This document shows, piece by piece, positions 1 to 9,783 of a DNA stretch of 64,000 bases; positions within the stretch are counted from its first letter, which is position 1; the number at the start of each line of letters is the position of its first letter. Under the pieces are notes generated by a model that saw nothing but the letters and a program-made list of their open reading frames with translations, made no database searches and was not told the origin of the DNA. The stretch lies in NCBI GenBank assembly GCA_044867525.1, contig JBIOVB010000118.1:22266-86265 (forward strand). Direction: 5' to 3'. Position numbers and translations under genes: made by a program. Source of the stretch: Acidimicrobiia bacterium (GTDB taxonomy: Bacteria > Actinomycetota > Acidimicrobiia > Spongiisociales > ZC4RG35).

Positions 1-398
1 ACGGCATCGGGTTCACTTTCAAGGCGCTGGGAGACATGCTCAAGCCGTCCAGCCTCGCCCAATATGTCGGCGTATTGGGTGGCGACACCGAAGTCGACAA
101 CGAAATACGGCCCGTGAGCCCGATCGGGATAGTCAATATCGGGACCCAGACCGCGTCCCCGGCCCAATTCCTCTCGATCCTGGCCTTTGTCAACGTGATA
201 CTGGCCACGATCAACCTGCTCCCGCTGTTCCCTCTCGATGGTGGCCATTTCGCGGTGGCTCTCTACGAGAAGGTCACGGGTCGGGAAGCCAACATCCGGC
301 GCCTGGCCCCGATCGCCGCCGCCGTGATCGGGATATTCGCGTTTCTCGGGTTCGTGGCGATCATCCTCGACATCGTCAACCCGATCAGCCTGTCTTAG
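1..398 (+). CDS. M50 site-2 zinc metalloprotease (RseP/Rip1-like), C-terminal fragment; the 5' end lies outside the window
   Basis: The frame is open from the window edge (GIGFTFKALGDM...). The C-terminal TM region has the LLPLFPLDGGH motif typical of M50 proteases. rseP-ispG synteny fits. Confidence 0.7.
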   Translation, partial: GIGFTFKALGDMLKPSSLAQYVGVLGGDTEVDNEIRPVSPIGIVNIGTQTASPAQFLSILAFVNVILATINLLPLFPLDGGHFAVALYEKVTGREANIRRLAPIAAAVIGIFAFLGFVAIILDIVNPISLS

Positions 399-424
399 GC
401 GCGCGGGCTCGCCGTCTTGGCTCG

Positions 425-1663
425 GTGAGCGGTCTACCGTTCAATCCGGAAATGACTGATCGCCGCAAGACCCGCCAGCTCCATGTCGGGAACGTCGCCG
501 TAGGCGGTGATGCCCCGATCTCGGTGCAGTCGATGACCACCACCAAGACAGCGGACGTCGACGGGACCCTCGCCCAGGTCTATGCCCTCGCCGGCGCAGG
601 AGCGGACATCGTCCGTATCACCTGCAACGAGGTCGAAGCGGCGGAGGGCCTGGCGGAGATCGTCCCCCGGAGCCCGGTTCCGATCATCGCCGACATCCAT
701 TATCAGTTCCGGCTTGCGCTTGGGGCCTTGGAGGCAGGGGTCCAGGGATTGCGGCTCAACCCGGGGAACATCCGAAAGGAAGACCAGATCAAGGCGGTTG
801 CCCGCGAAGCCAAAGACCGCGGGGTGCCTATCCGGGTCGGGGTCAACGCAGGGTCGCTGGACAAGGACCTGCTGGCCAAGCACGGGAGCGCGGTCCCGGA
901 AGCCCTGGTGGAGTCGGCACTACTCGAGATCCGCTATCTGGAGGAGGTCGACTTCACCGACATCAAGATCTCGGTGAAGCACTCCCATGTCCCGTCGATG
1001 GTCGACTCCTACCGTCTCCTCTCGGAGAGGGTCGACTACCCCCTCCACCTCGGGGTGACCGAGGCCGGGCCACCTCCGGCGGGCCTCATCAAGGGCGTGG
1101 CGGGTATCGCAACCCTTCTCAACGAGGGCATCGGGGACACCATCCGCTTCTCCCTGACCGCCGACCCGGTCGAAGAGGCCAAGGCTGGACGTCAATTGTT
1201 GGAGTTTCTCGGCCTGCGGGAGCGCAAGGGGCTCGATCTCATCGCCTGTCCCTCCTGCGGCCGGGCGGAGGTCGATGTGATCGACGTGGCCACCCGTGCC
1301 CAGGCGGCATTGGAGGCGGAGCGCCTTCCGATCCAGGTCGCGGTGATGGGATGTGTGGTCAACGGGCCAGGGGAGGCCCGTGAGGCCGATATCGGCATAG
1401 CGGCGGGAAGGGGCAAAGGGCATCTCTTCATCAAGGGCCAGGTGGTGAGGGTGGTGCCCGAGTCGGAGATGGTCGAGGCGCTGCTCGACGAGGCCCGCAA
1501 GCTGGTCGAGGAAGGGGTCGAAAGCCGTCTCGCCCACGCCCAGGCCAATGCAGCGGAACTGGCAGCGGCGGCCAGGCAACAACTGATCGAGATCCAGGGT
1601 GACGCCAACCGGACGGCCGACCGCCGGGCCCGCGTTGCCGAGGTCGCCGGCCGGCCGGACTGA
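425..1663 (+). CDS. ispG: 4-hydroxy-3-methylbut-2-enyl diphosphate synthase (IspG/GcpE)
   Basis: 412-aa ORF with GTG start. Full-length GcpE-like sequence with Cys ligand motifs CPSCGR and GCVVNGPGE. Confidence 0.93.
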   Translation: MSGLPFNPEMTDRRKTRQLHVGNVAVGGDAPISVQSMTTTKTADVDGTLAQVYALAGAGADIVRITCNEVEAAEGLAEIVPRSPVPIIADIHYQFRLALGALEAGVQGLRLNPGNIRKEDQIKAVAREAKDRGVPIRVGVNAGSLDKDLLAKHGSAVPEALVESALLEIRYLEEVDFTDIKISVKHSHVPSMVDSYRLLSERVDYPLHLGVTEAGPPPAGLIKGVAGIATLLNEGIGDTIRFSLTADPVEEAKAGRQLLEFLGLRERKGLDLIACPSCGRAEVDVIDVATRAQAALEAERLPIQVAVMGCVVNGPGEAREADIGIAAGRGKGHLFIKGQVVRVVPESEMVEALLDEARKLVEEGVESRLAHAQANAAELAAAARQQLIEIQGDANRTADRRARVAEVAGRPD

Positions 1664-1669
1664 GGACTG

Positions 1670-3382
1670 ATGCGCTGGAGCCAAGCCTTCATCCCGACAC
1701 TCCGTGACGCCCCGACCGATGCCGAGGCGGTAAGCCACAAGCTCCTGGTGCGGGGCGGTTTCATCCGCCAGTTGGCAGCCGGTTCCTACACCATCCTCCC
1801 GCTAGGAATGAGGGTGCGCTCGAAGGTGGCGGGCATCATCCGCGAGGAGATGAACCTGATCGGAGGCCAGGAGATCCTCCCGCCCACATTGCATCCCGCC
1901 GAGATCTGGAAGAAATCGGGCCGCTACGAGTCGATGGGAGCCAACCTCTTCAAGCTGGTGGATCGAAAGGACGCCGAATTGGTCCTCGGGATGACCGAGG
2001 AGGAGATCTTCGCCATCACCGCTCTCGAGCTCGCCAGCTACCGGGATCTCCCCCAGATCTGGTACCAGATGCACACCAAGTTTCGTGACGAGCCCCGCCC
2101 CAAGTCGGGACTGCTCCGAGTACGCGAATTCACGATGAAGGACTCCTACACGCTGGACATCGACCGGGCCGGCCTGGACGCAGGTTTCGAAAAGCATCGC
2201 ACCGCCTACTTCAGGATCTTCAGACGATGGGGCCTGAGCCCGGTCGACGTCGAGGCATCTTCAGGGACCATGGGGGGCACCGAGTCGGTCGAGTTCATGG
2301 TGCGCAGCGACGCCGGTGAGGATTGGATCGTCACCTGCACCAACTGTGACTACCGGGCCAACGTGGAACGGGCGCTGTCCGCGGTCCCGCAAGTCGATGA
2401 CGGCGATGCCGGAGCCCTGGAGCGGTTTTCCACGCCGGGGTTGCGAACAATCAGGACCCTGGCCGAGGCGCACCCCGAGATCGCCCCACCGGACCGGCAG
2501 ATCAAGACGCTTGTCTACGTCCTCGATGGTGAGCCGGCACTGGTCCTGCTCCGCGGTGACCATGATCTCCAGGAGCAGAAGCTGCTCGATGCGACGGCTG
2601 CCGTCGAAGCCAGGGCCGCCACCGCTGAGGAGATACGCCCACTGCTGGGGGCCGATCCGGGGAGCCTGGGTGCGGTCGGGGTGGACGGGATGCGGGTGAT
2701 CGGGGACGTGTCGCTTCGGGGCCGGGCCAACCTGGTCACAGGTGCCAACGAGGACGACTGGCATCACTCAGGGGTGAGCATCGACCGCGATATGGAAGTC
2801 GGGGAGTGGGCCGACCTACGGGCCGTGAAGGCCGGCGAGCCTTGCTCGGTCTGTGGGAGCGGCCTCGAGCTGTGGAAGGGGATCGAGGTCGGTCACATCT
2901 TCAAGCTGGGCACCAAATTCTCCGAGGCCTTCGGCGCATTTGTCCAGGACGAGGGCGGTACCAGCCACCCGATCATCATGGGCTCCTACGGGATCGGCGT
3001 GGAACGCGGAGTGGCGGCCGTGGTCGAGTCCTCGAACGACGAGAAGGGGATCATCTGGCCGGTGTCTGTCGCTCCCTACGAGGTGGTGATCACCGTGGTT
3101 CGACCCGACGAGACCCTCGATGCCGCCGAGAAGCTATACGGGGAGCTGGCCGCGGCAGGGATCGAGGTTCTTCTCGACGATCGCGAGGAGCGGCCCGGGG
3201 TGAAGTTCGCCGATGCCGAGTTGATCGGGATCCCATACCGGGTCACGGTGGGCCCGCGAGGGGTGGCGGAAGGCAAGGTCGAGTTGACCGCCCGGAGAGG
3301 TTTGACCACCGAAGAGGTGGCTCTGGATGCGGTGGTCGGTGAGCTGGCGGGCCTCATCGAATCTCAGCGATTCGGGATCTGA
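1670..3382 (+). CDS. proS: prolyl-tRNA synthetase (bacterial type with editing insertion)
   Basis: 570-aa ORF. Class II motifs (FRDEPRPKSGLLRVREF, GSYGIGVERG). ATG lies 7 nt after the ispG stop. Confidence 0.93.
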   Translation: MRWSQAFIPTLRDAPTDAEAVSHKLLVRGGFIRQLAAGSYTILPLGMRVRSKVAGIIREEMNLIGGQEILPPTLHPAEIWKKSGRYESMGANLFKLVDRKDAELVLGMTEEEIFAITALELASYRDLPQIWYQMHTKFRDEPRPKSGLLRVREFTMKDSYTLDIDRAGLDAGFEKHRTAYFRIFRRWGLSPVDVEASSGTMGGTESVEFMVRSDAGEDWIVTCTNCDYRANVERALSAVPQVDDGDAGALERFSTPGLRTIRTLAEAHPEIAPPDRQIKTLVYVLDGEPALVLLRGDHDLQEQKLLDATAAVEARAATAEEIRPLLGADPGSLGAVGVDGMRVIGDVSLRGRANLVTGANEDDWHHSGVSIDRDMEVGEWADLRAVKAGEPCSVCGSGLELWKGIEVGHIFKLGTKFSEAFGAFVQDEGGTSHPIIMGSYGIGVERGVAAVVESSNDEKGIIWPVSVAPYEVVITVVRPDETLDAAEKLYGELAAAGIEVLLDDREERPGVKFADAELIGIPYRVTVGPRGVAEGKVELTARRGLTTEEVALDAVVGELAGLIESQRFGI

Positions 3383-3528
3383 AGAGTCCGGAGTCGACAC
3401 CCTCCCCATCCGCGGCGACCGACCGAGGGGCGGTGACAGATTTTCCGTGTTCTCCATGAGGAATCCGAACATTTCTGCGGTGCTCGTGTCCCTCCGATGC
3501 CCCAAGAACTCAGCCGGGCGCGCTTGTC

Positions 3529-3534
3529 TATAAT
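3529..3534 (+). promoter_or_regulatory. TATAAT -10-like hexamer upstream of rimP
   Basis: Perfect TATAAT in the low-GC 230-nt proS-rimP spacer. No convincing -35. Confidence 0.35.
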
Positions 3535-3561
3535 CCAGCCGGAGACAACAGGACGCTTTTC

Positions 3562-3593
3562 AGTCAGGTGGGCGCCTTTGGGCCCACCTGACT
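3562..3593 (+). promoter_or_regulatory. Perfect 12-bp stem-loop in the rimP-nusA leader (possible attenuator)
   Basis: AGTCAGGTGGGC (3562-3573) pairs with GCCCACCTGACT (3582-3593), 8-nt loop, followed by TGTTGTGG. It sits between the TATAAT and the rimP start. Confidence 0.5.
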
Positions 3594-3612
3594 TGTTGTG
3601 GAGTGACGGAGA

Positions 3613-4083
3613 TTGATGGACGTGACCGAGATTTGGGAAGCAGTGGGGAACTACCTCAGTGCGGAGCACCTCGAGCTCGACGATGTCGAGCTGTCCGGTC
3701 GCGGCCAGGGGACGATTCTGCGGATCGTGGTCGACGGCGAGGGTGTGGACGTCGAAAGGCTCGCCGAGGTGTCGCGAGGCCTGTCACGGCTCCTCGACAA
3801 AGAAGTCGGGCTCGACGACCCGTACCAGCTGGAGGTCACCTCGCCCGGGCTGGAGAGGAAGCTTCGCCGCCCGAGCCATTACGCCAAGGCGGTGGGTCGC
3901 GAGGTCATGGCCAAGGTGGATTCCGGTTCGGGGAAGAAGACGGTCCGCGGCGTCATCGCAGAGGCCGGCGAGCACAACTTCATCGTCGAGGCGGACGGTG
4001 AGCGCGAGGTTGTCGAATACGAAGACGTGCTCACCGCCAACACTGTGTTCCGGTGGGAGAAAGCCCCCAAGCCGGGGCACTGA
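3613..4083 (+). CDS. rimP: ribosome maturation factor RimP
   Basis: 156-aa ORF (TTG 3613 or ATG 3616). RimP-like LEVTSPGLERKL segment. Directly precedes nusA. Confidence 0.88.
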   Translation: MMDVTEIWEAVGNYLSAEHLELDDVELSGRGQGTILRIVVDGEGVDVERLAEVSRGLSRLLDKEVGLDDPYQLEVTSPGLERKLRRPSHYAKAVGREVMAKVDSGSGKKTVRGVIAEAGEHNFIVEADGEREVVEYEDVLTANTVFRWEKAPKPGH

Positions 4084-4092
4084 AGGAGAACG

Positions 4093-5280
4093 ATGCAGCT
4101 CGACACGATGATGGAGGCGATCGAGGTCCTCGCCCGGGAGAGGGGCGTTGCTATCGACACCATCCTCGACGCCTTCGCCAACGCTCTGGTAGCGGCTTAC
4201 AAGCGGAGCCCGGGCGCGGCCGAAGAGGCGCGGGTGACCATCGACCCCGAGTCCGGGGAGGTCACGGTGTACGCACAGGAACTGGACGAGGACGGCAACG
4301 TGACCTCGGAGTGGGAAGACACTCCTGAAGGTGAGGCGTTCGGCCGCATCGCGGCCCAGTCCTTCAAGCAGGTGATGCAGCACAAGCTCCGTGAGGCCAA
4401 GCGCGAGCACGTTTACGAGATGTACGAAGGGCGAGAGGGCGATCTGGTGACCGGGCTCGTTCAGCAGGTCGACTACCGCTCCGTGATCCTCGACCTTGGT
4501 GATGCCGAGGCGATACTCCCCGGCTCGGAACGGATCCCGTTCGAGCGCCTGGAGCGTGGGAATCGGGTAAAAGCCCTGATCCTCGAGGTTCGCAACGAGG
4601 CGAAAGGCGCTCAGATCGTGGTGTCGAGAAGTCATCCCGACCTGGTTCGGCGATTGCTCGAGTTGGAAGTGCCCGAGCTGACCGATGGGACCGTGGAGAT
4701 CGTGAACATCGCACGGGAGCCGGGGCACCGCACCAAGATCGCGGTGATCTCCCACGACCCCAACGTCGACCCCAAGGGTGCATGTGTGGGCGCCAGGGGG
4801 TCGCGCGTGCGCCAGGTGGTCAACGAGCTCCGTGGCGAGAAGGTCGACGTGGTCCAGTGGCGTGACGACCTCGGCCAGTTCATCGCCGAGGCGTTGGGCC
4901 CGGCCAAGGTCAAGGAAGTCCACATCAACGAAGAAGAGAAAACGGCCGACGTGATCGTTTCCGAGCATCAGCTATCACTGGCGATCGGCAAGGAGGGCCA
5001 AAACGCGCGGCTGGCAGCGAGGCTCTCCGGGTACAAGGTGGACATCCACTCCGATACCGAGGGCGAGGAGCCGGTCGCCGAGGAGGCTTCTCGAGAGCCA
5101 GTGGTTGAGGAGGCAGCTCCTGAGGGTGTTGCGGATGAGGCTGCCGGCGGGGAGGCCCTCGAAGAGACTCTGGAGACCGAGCCCGTTCCCGAAGAGGCCC
5201 CAGAGGAAGTTGTGGCATCCGAGGACGACGAGGACACCGTCGTCGGGACCGATGACGAGAGCGATGACGAAAGCGAATGA
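4093..5280 (+). CDS. nusA: transcription termination/antitermination factor NusA (acidic C-terminal tail)
   Basis: 395 aa. AGGAGA Shine-Dalgarno upstream. NTD-S1-KH-KH pattern (GACVGARGSRV, LAIGKEGQNARLAARL). Confidence 0.95.
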   Translation: MQLDTMMEAIEVLARERGVAIDTILDAFANALVAAYKRSPGAAEEARVTIDPESGEVTVYAQELDEDGNVTSEWEDTPEGEAFGRIAAQSFKQVMQHKLREAKREHVYEMYEGREGDLVTGLVQQVDYRSVILDLGDAEAILPGSERIPFERLERGNRVKALILEVRNEAKGAQIVVSRSHPDLVRRLLELEVPELTDGTVEIVNIAREPGHRTKIAVISHDPNVDPKGACVGARGSRVRQVVNELRGEKVDVVQWRDDLGQFIAEALGPAKVKEVHINEEEKTADVIVSEHQLSLAIGKEGQNARLAARLSGYKVDIHSDTEGEEPVAEEASREPVVEEAAPEGVADEAAGGEALEETLETEPVPEEAPEEVVASEDDEDTVVGTDDESDDESE

Positions 5281-5293
5281 AGAGGGCTGAGAC

Positions 5294-7294
5294 GTGAGGG
5301 TTTATGAACTCGCCCGCGACCTGGGCATTGACTCGAAGCTGGTGCTCGACCATGCCCACGAGTTGGGCCTGGACGTGAAGACGGCGTCCTCCGGCCTCGA
5401 CGAGGAGTCGGCCGAGCTGCTGCGCCTCGCTCTTGCCGGCGACGAGGCGCCTGCCGAGGAGGAAGTAGTCGAGGAGCCCAGCACCGAGCCGGGAGTGTCC
5501 TCCGCCGAGGAGGAGCCTGAAGACGATGCTCCTACCGAGGTGGGGCTGGCCTCGCTCAAGGAGGGGGCGACGGTATCCCAGTTCGCCCAAGCCATCGGAG
5601 TGCCAACCAGCGAGATCGTGAAGATGCTCCTGCTTCGGGGGTTGCCGATCGGTGCCGGCCAGCAGATGCCGCCGGAGCTCATGGACGAGATCGCCGAGTC
5701 CTACGGGTTTGTGATCGATGTCGAGGAGGCCCCACCACCTCCGGCGGTGGGAGAACGGCCGGAGCATGTCGATGCCGATGCCGACCTGGCCCCGCGACCG
5801 GCGGTGGTCACCGTCATGGGTCATGTCGACCACGGCAAGACCACGCTGCTCGATCAGATCCGCAAGACGAGGGTGGTCGAGGGAGAGCAAGGCGGGATCA
5901 CCCAGCACATCGGTGCTTACCAGGTCGAGGTCAACGGGCGCCCGGTGACCTTCATCGACACTCCGGGCCATGAGGCGTTCACTGCCCTCCGCGCCCGTGG
6001 CGCCAACATCACCGACATAGTCGTGCTCGTGGTGGCGGCAAACGACGGTGTGATGCCGCAGACGGTGGAGGCCATCTCCCATGCCCGCGCCGCAGGGGTG
6101 AAGACGATCGTGGCCGTGAACAAGATCGACGTGCCCGGTGCCGACCCCATGCGGGTTCGCACCGAGCTCACCGAGCATGAGGTGATCACCGAGGAGCTCG
6201 GTGGCGATGTCCCGAGCGTCGAGGTGTCGGCACTCAGCGGGGACGGGGTCGACACCCTGCTCGAAGTCATCGACCTGATCGCTCAGCTGGAGGAATACAA
6301 GGCCAACCCGGATGCTCCGGCGTCTGGCGTGGTGGTCGAAGCCCAATTCGAGAAGGGCAAAGGTGCGGTGGCAACCGTCATCGTGCAGCGGGGGACCCTC
6401 AAGACCGGAGACTCGTTCGTGGCCGGCGCCGTCGCCGGCCGGGTGCGGGGATTGATGGACGAGAACGGGACGCCCGTCAAGCAGGCCCTGCCTTCGGACC
6501 CGGTTCAGATCATGGGTTGGGACGACGTTCCGGTTGCAGGCGACTACTTCGAAGTCGTCGAATCGGATCGCGAGGCGCGACGACTCGCCGAGGAGCGGGC
6601 GGAGTCGTTGAAGTCGGCGAGCCAGGCGGTGCCCTCGGCGCGTGACCGCCTGCAGAGCCTCCTCGACCAGCTCCGCTCCGACGAGGCCACGCTCAACCTG
6701 ATCGTGAAGGCCGACGCGCAGGGCTCCCTCGAGGCGCTTCGGGAGTCGATCGTCAAGATCGAGCGTGAGGGCGGGAAGATCCAGATCGTCCACGGCGCAG
6801 TAGGCGGGATCAACGAAAACGACGTCACCCTGGCCGAGGTGACCGAATCGGTCGTCATCGGCTTCAACGTCCGGCCCGAGCCCAAGGCTCGCCGGGCGGC
6901 CGAGGAGGCCGGTATCGAGATCCGGACCTACGGGATCATCTACGAGCTACTCGACGAGATCGAGGCCCTCCTCGTGGGCCAGCTTGCTCCCGAGGAGCAC
7001 GAGCAGATCCTGGGGACTGCCGAGGTACGGGCCATCTTCAAGGTGCCCCGTGCCGGCACCGTGGCCGGCAGTTACGTGTTGGAGGGAACCATCCAACGCG
7101 GTGCCCGAGCCCGTCTCCTTCGTGACGGGGTGATCATCCACGACGGGACGATCTCATCGTTGAAGCGCTTCAAGGACGATGTGCGCGAGGTCGCCTCGGG
7201 CTTCGAGTGCGGGATCGGCTTCGAGAATTACAACGACGTCAAGGAAGGCGACAATATCGAGGCCTACCTGATCCGCGAGGTCGCCCGGACCTGA
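5294..7294 (+). CDS. infB: translation initiation factor IF-2
   Basis: 666 aa, GTG start. GTPase motifs [24 protein letters not shown]. Confidence 0.95.
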   Translation: MRVYELARDLGIDSKLVLDHAHELGLDVKTASSGLDEESAELLRLALAGDEAPAEEEVVEEPSTEPGVSSAEEEPEDDAPTEVGLASLKEGATVSQFAQAIGVPTSEIVKMLLLRGLPIGAGQQMPPELMDEIAESYGFVIDVEEAPPPPAVGERPEHVDADADLAPRPAVVTVMGHVDHGKTTLLDQIRKTRVVEGEQGGITQHIGAYQVEVNGRPVTFIDTPGHEAFTALRARGANITDIVVLVVAANDGVMPQTVEAISHARAAGVKTIVAVNKIDVPGADPMRVRTELTEHEVITEELGGDVPSVEVSALSGDGVDTLLEVIDLIAQLEEYKANPDAPASGVVVEAQFEKGKGAVATVIVQRGTLKTGDSFVAGAVAGRVRGLMDENGTPVKQALPSDPVQIMGWDDVPVAGDYFEVVESDREARRLAEERAESLKSASQAVPSARDRLQSLLDQLRSDEATLNLIVKADAQGSLEALRESIVKIEREGGKIQIVHGAVGGINENDVTLAEVTESVVIGFNVRPEPKARRAAEEAGIEIRTYGIIYELLDEIEALLVGQLAPEEHEQILGTAEVRAIFKVPRAGTVAGSYVLEGTIQRGARARLLRDGVIIHDGTISSLKRFKDDVREVASGFECGIGFENYNDVKEGDNIEAYLIREVART

Positions 7295-7587
7295 TGCGGG
7301 CGGCCGCCCTGCGGGTCGAGCTCCACTTACCCGGCCCGCAGTCGCTCAAGGCGAAGCGCGGCATCCTTCGCCCCACGATCGAAGGCATGAGGCGCTTGGG
7401 CTCCTACAGCGTGGCCGAGGTCGACCATCACGACCTTTGGCAGCGGGCGGCAATCGGGGTGGCCGTCGTGGCCCCGGACGGCAAGAGTCTCGCGATGCAG
7501 ATCTCCAAGGTTCGTCGCTACCTTGACAGTCGACCGGATGTCGAAGTGATCGACATCCGCATCGCCGAGTTGGAGGAGCCGATGTGA
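7294..7587 (+). CDS. DUF503 (YlxP-like) protein
   Basis: ATG 7294 overlaps the infB stop (TGATG). 97 aa in the conserved slot between infB and rbfA. The ORF-track start at 7207 lies inside infB. Confidence 0.75.
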   Translation: MRAAALRVELHLPGPQSLKAKRGILRPTIEGMRRLGSYSVAEVDHHDLWQRAAIGVAVVAPDGKSLAMQISKVRRYLDSRPDVEVIDIRIAELEEPM

Positions 7588-7940
7588 GCGATCGCCCGCG
7601 AATGCTCAAGGTCAATTCGACGCTCCGCGAGGTCCTTGCCGAGGAATTGGAGAAGATGAACGACGACCGCCTGCAGATGGTGTCGGTGACCGGGGTCGAC
7701 ACCGCCCCCAACCTGAGGCATGCCGTCGTCTACGTCGACGTCCTCGGCGTCGAGCATGAAGAAAACGCCCTCGCCGCTCTGGGCCGTGCCACGCATCGGC
7801 TCCAGTCGGCCATCGGACGCCAGGTCCGCCTCAAGTACACACCAACGCTCGAGTTCGTCATCGATCCAGGGGTTCAGGGCGGGCAGCGGATCGAGAGCAT
7901 CCTGCGATCGATCCAGGAGCAGGGAGATACCGAGGAGTGA
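7584..7940 (+). CDS. rbfA: ribosome-binding factor A
   Basis: 118 aa. GTGA overlap with the previous gene. RbfA-like sequence and position. Confidence 0.9.
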   Translation: MSDRPRMLKVNSTLREVLAEELEKMNDDRLQMVSVTGVDTAPNLRHAVVYVDVLGVEHEENALAALGRATHRLQSAIGRQVRLKYTPTLEFVIDPGVQGGQRIESILRSIQEQGDTEE

Positions 7941-8908
7941 TCGACCGGGGGAGCCTCGAGTCCGCGGCGGCAATCATCGGCGCAGCCCAGCGCCTGGCCC
8001 TGGCGTGTCACATCGGGCCCGACGGGGACGCCCTCGGATCGATGATCGGGTTTGGGATCGCAGCTGCCAATGCAGGCAAGCAGGTCGTGGCGAGTTTCGG
8101 AGCGCCCTTCGTTGTGCCGGACAACCTCGGATTCCTCCCTACCTCCCTCCTGGTCGCACCCCAGGACTTCCCCGAGGCGCCAGAGGTGATGATCTCATTC
8201 GACGCAGGCTCGCTGGATCGCCTCGGTGAGCTGGCGCCGGCGGCGGGCAGGGCGGCAAAGGCGATCGTCATCGACCACCACGTGACCAACGAGGGGTTCG
8301 GGGACGTCGCAATCGTCGACCCCGAGGCTGCGGCGACGGGCGAGCTGGTGACCCAGCTTCTCGATGTGCTGGGGTGGCCGCTGACGTCTGAGATCGCCAC
8401 CTGCCTCCATACCGCCCTGGTCACCGACACCGGGCGGTTCCAGTACGCCAACACCCGGCCGGCGACCCTCGAACTGGGGGCGCGCCTGGTGGCCGCAGGC
8501 GCCGACCCCGCCGAGATCGGCCGTCATGTCTACGACGAGGCTCCTTTCGGCTACTTGAAGGTGGCGGGCGCCGCCCTGAGCCGCTCCGAGCTGGACGTGG
8601 ACAAAGGCGTGGTCACGGCGTATGTCACCCAGTCGGATCTAACCGAGGCGGGCATCGATTGGGGTGACATCGACAATCTGATCAACACTATCCGCCTCGC
8701 CATAGAGGCCGATGTCGCGGTGCTGGCCAAGGTGCACGACGAGGGTCGTGTCAAACTGAGCCTGAGGTCGCGCGGTGCGACGGACGTTGGCTCGCTCGCG
8801 GCCGCGATGGGTGGCGGAGGGCACCGTCTGGCGGCCGGTGTCACGTATGCCGGCAAGGTCGATGATGCTCTGGATGAGGTCCGGAAGCGGGTAGAGGACT
8901 TCCGGTGA
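7937..8908 (+). CDS. nrnA: DHH/DHHA1 phosphoesterase (NrnA/CnpB-type nanoRNase / pAp phosphatase)
   Basis: 323 aa. DHH motif (VIDHHV) and DHHA1 motif GGGGH. 4-nt start/stop overlap. Confidence 0.85.
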   Translation: MIDRGSLESAAAIIGAAQRLALACHIGPDGDALGSMIGFGIAAANAGKQVVASFGAPFVVPDNLGFLPTSLLVAPQDFPEAPEVMISFDAGSLDRLGELAPAAGRAAKAIVIDHHVTNEGFGDVAIVDPEAAATGELVTQLLDVLGWPLTSEIATCLHTALVTDTGRFQYANTRPATLELGARLVAAGADPAEIGRHVYDEAPFGYLKVAGAALSRSELDVDKGVVTAYVTQSDLTEAGIDWGDIDNLINTIRLAIEADVAVLAKVHDEGRVKLSLRSRGATDVGSLAAAMGGGGHRLAAGVTYAGKVDDALDEVRKRVEDFR

Positions 8909-9783
8909 CCGCCGGGTTTCTCGTGGTCGACAAGCCGGGCGGGATGACCTCGAATGCCGTCGTTGGCACCGTGCGCCGGGCGACCGGGATCAAGAAGGTT
9001 GGTCACGCGGGCACCCTCGACCCGCTCGCCACCGGGGCGATGGTGATCGCGGTTGGGCCGGTCACCAGATTGATCCGCTTCATCCAGGAACAGCCAAAGG
9101 AGTACCTGGCTACCGCGCAGTTCGGAGTTGCTACCGACACCCTGGATGCCGATGGCGCCGTCCTGGAGCGGGAGCCGATGGATTTCTCCGAGCAAGACTT
9201 GGAGACTGCGGCAGCCCGCTTCGTCGGGGTGATCAATCAGATCCCGCCGATGGTCTCCGCCCTGAAGCACGAGGGTCGTCGGCTCTATGAGCTGGCGAGG
9301 CGGGGAGAGGTGGTCGATCGGGACGCACGGCCGGTCGAGATCCACGAATTGGAGATCCTGTCATTCGGCGCCGGTCCCTACCCGGAGGTCGAGTTCCGGG
9401 TGGTCTGTGGCAAGGGCACCTACGTCCGCACCCTGGCCGCCGATCTGGCAGCTGCGCTGGGCGGGCACGCCCATCTCATCGCCCTCCGGCGCACCCGCAT
9501 CGGGTCACTCGACGTCGACGTCCAGGGTGTGAAGCTCCAGGACCTCGACAGCTGGCAGCAGTGGTTCCTGAGCCCATCCCGTGCCCTCGAGGACCTGCCC
9601 GCGGTGACAGTCGGGCCCGAGACCGCCGAGGGTGTGAGCCACGGGATGCGTTTCGTCGGCGGTGAGATGCTGGCCGCCCCCGAAGGGGTTGCGTTGCGGG
9701 TTCTCGATCGCGAGGGTGACTTGCTCGCCGTGTACCGCCGCGAGGGCGATCAGTCCATCCCCGAGGTGGTCCTGGCGTCGTGA
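8905..9783 (+). CDS. truB: tRNA pseudouridine-55 synthase TruB
   Basis: 292 aa. GHAGTLDPLATG catalytic motif. 4-nt overlap. Confidence 0.93.
   Translation: MTAGFLVVDKPGGMTSNAVVGTVRRATGIKKVGHAGTLDPLATGAMVIAVGPVTRLIRFIQEQPKEYLATAQFGVATDTLDADGAVLEREPMDFSEQDLETAAARFVGVINQIPPMVSALKHEGRRLYELARRGEVVDRDARPVEIHELEILSFGAGPYPEVEFRVVCGKGTYVRTLAADLAAALGGHAHLIALRRTRIGSLDVDVQGVKLQDLDSWQQWFLSPSRALEDLPAVTVGPETAEGVSHGMRFVGGEMLAAPEGVALRVLDREGDLLAVYRREGDQSIPEVVLAS

Noticed and set aside
5041-5280. A highly acidic about 80-residue C-terminal tail on NusA.
   Set aside because: Low-complexity acidic tails replace the AR1/AR2 domains in many high-GC Gram-positive NusA proteins. Nothing in the sequence shows it to be unusual.
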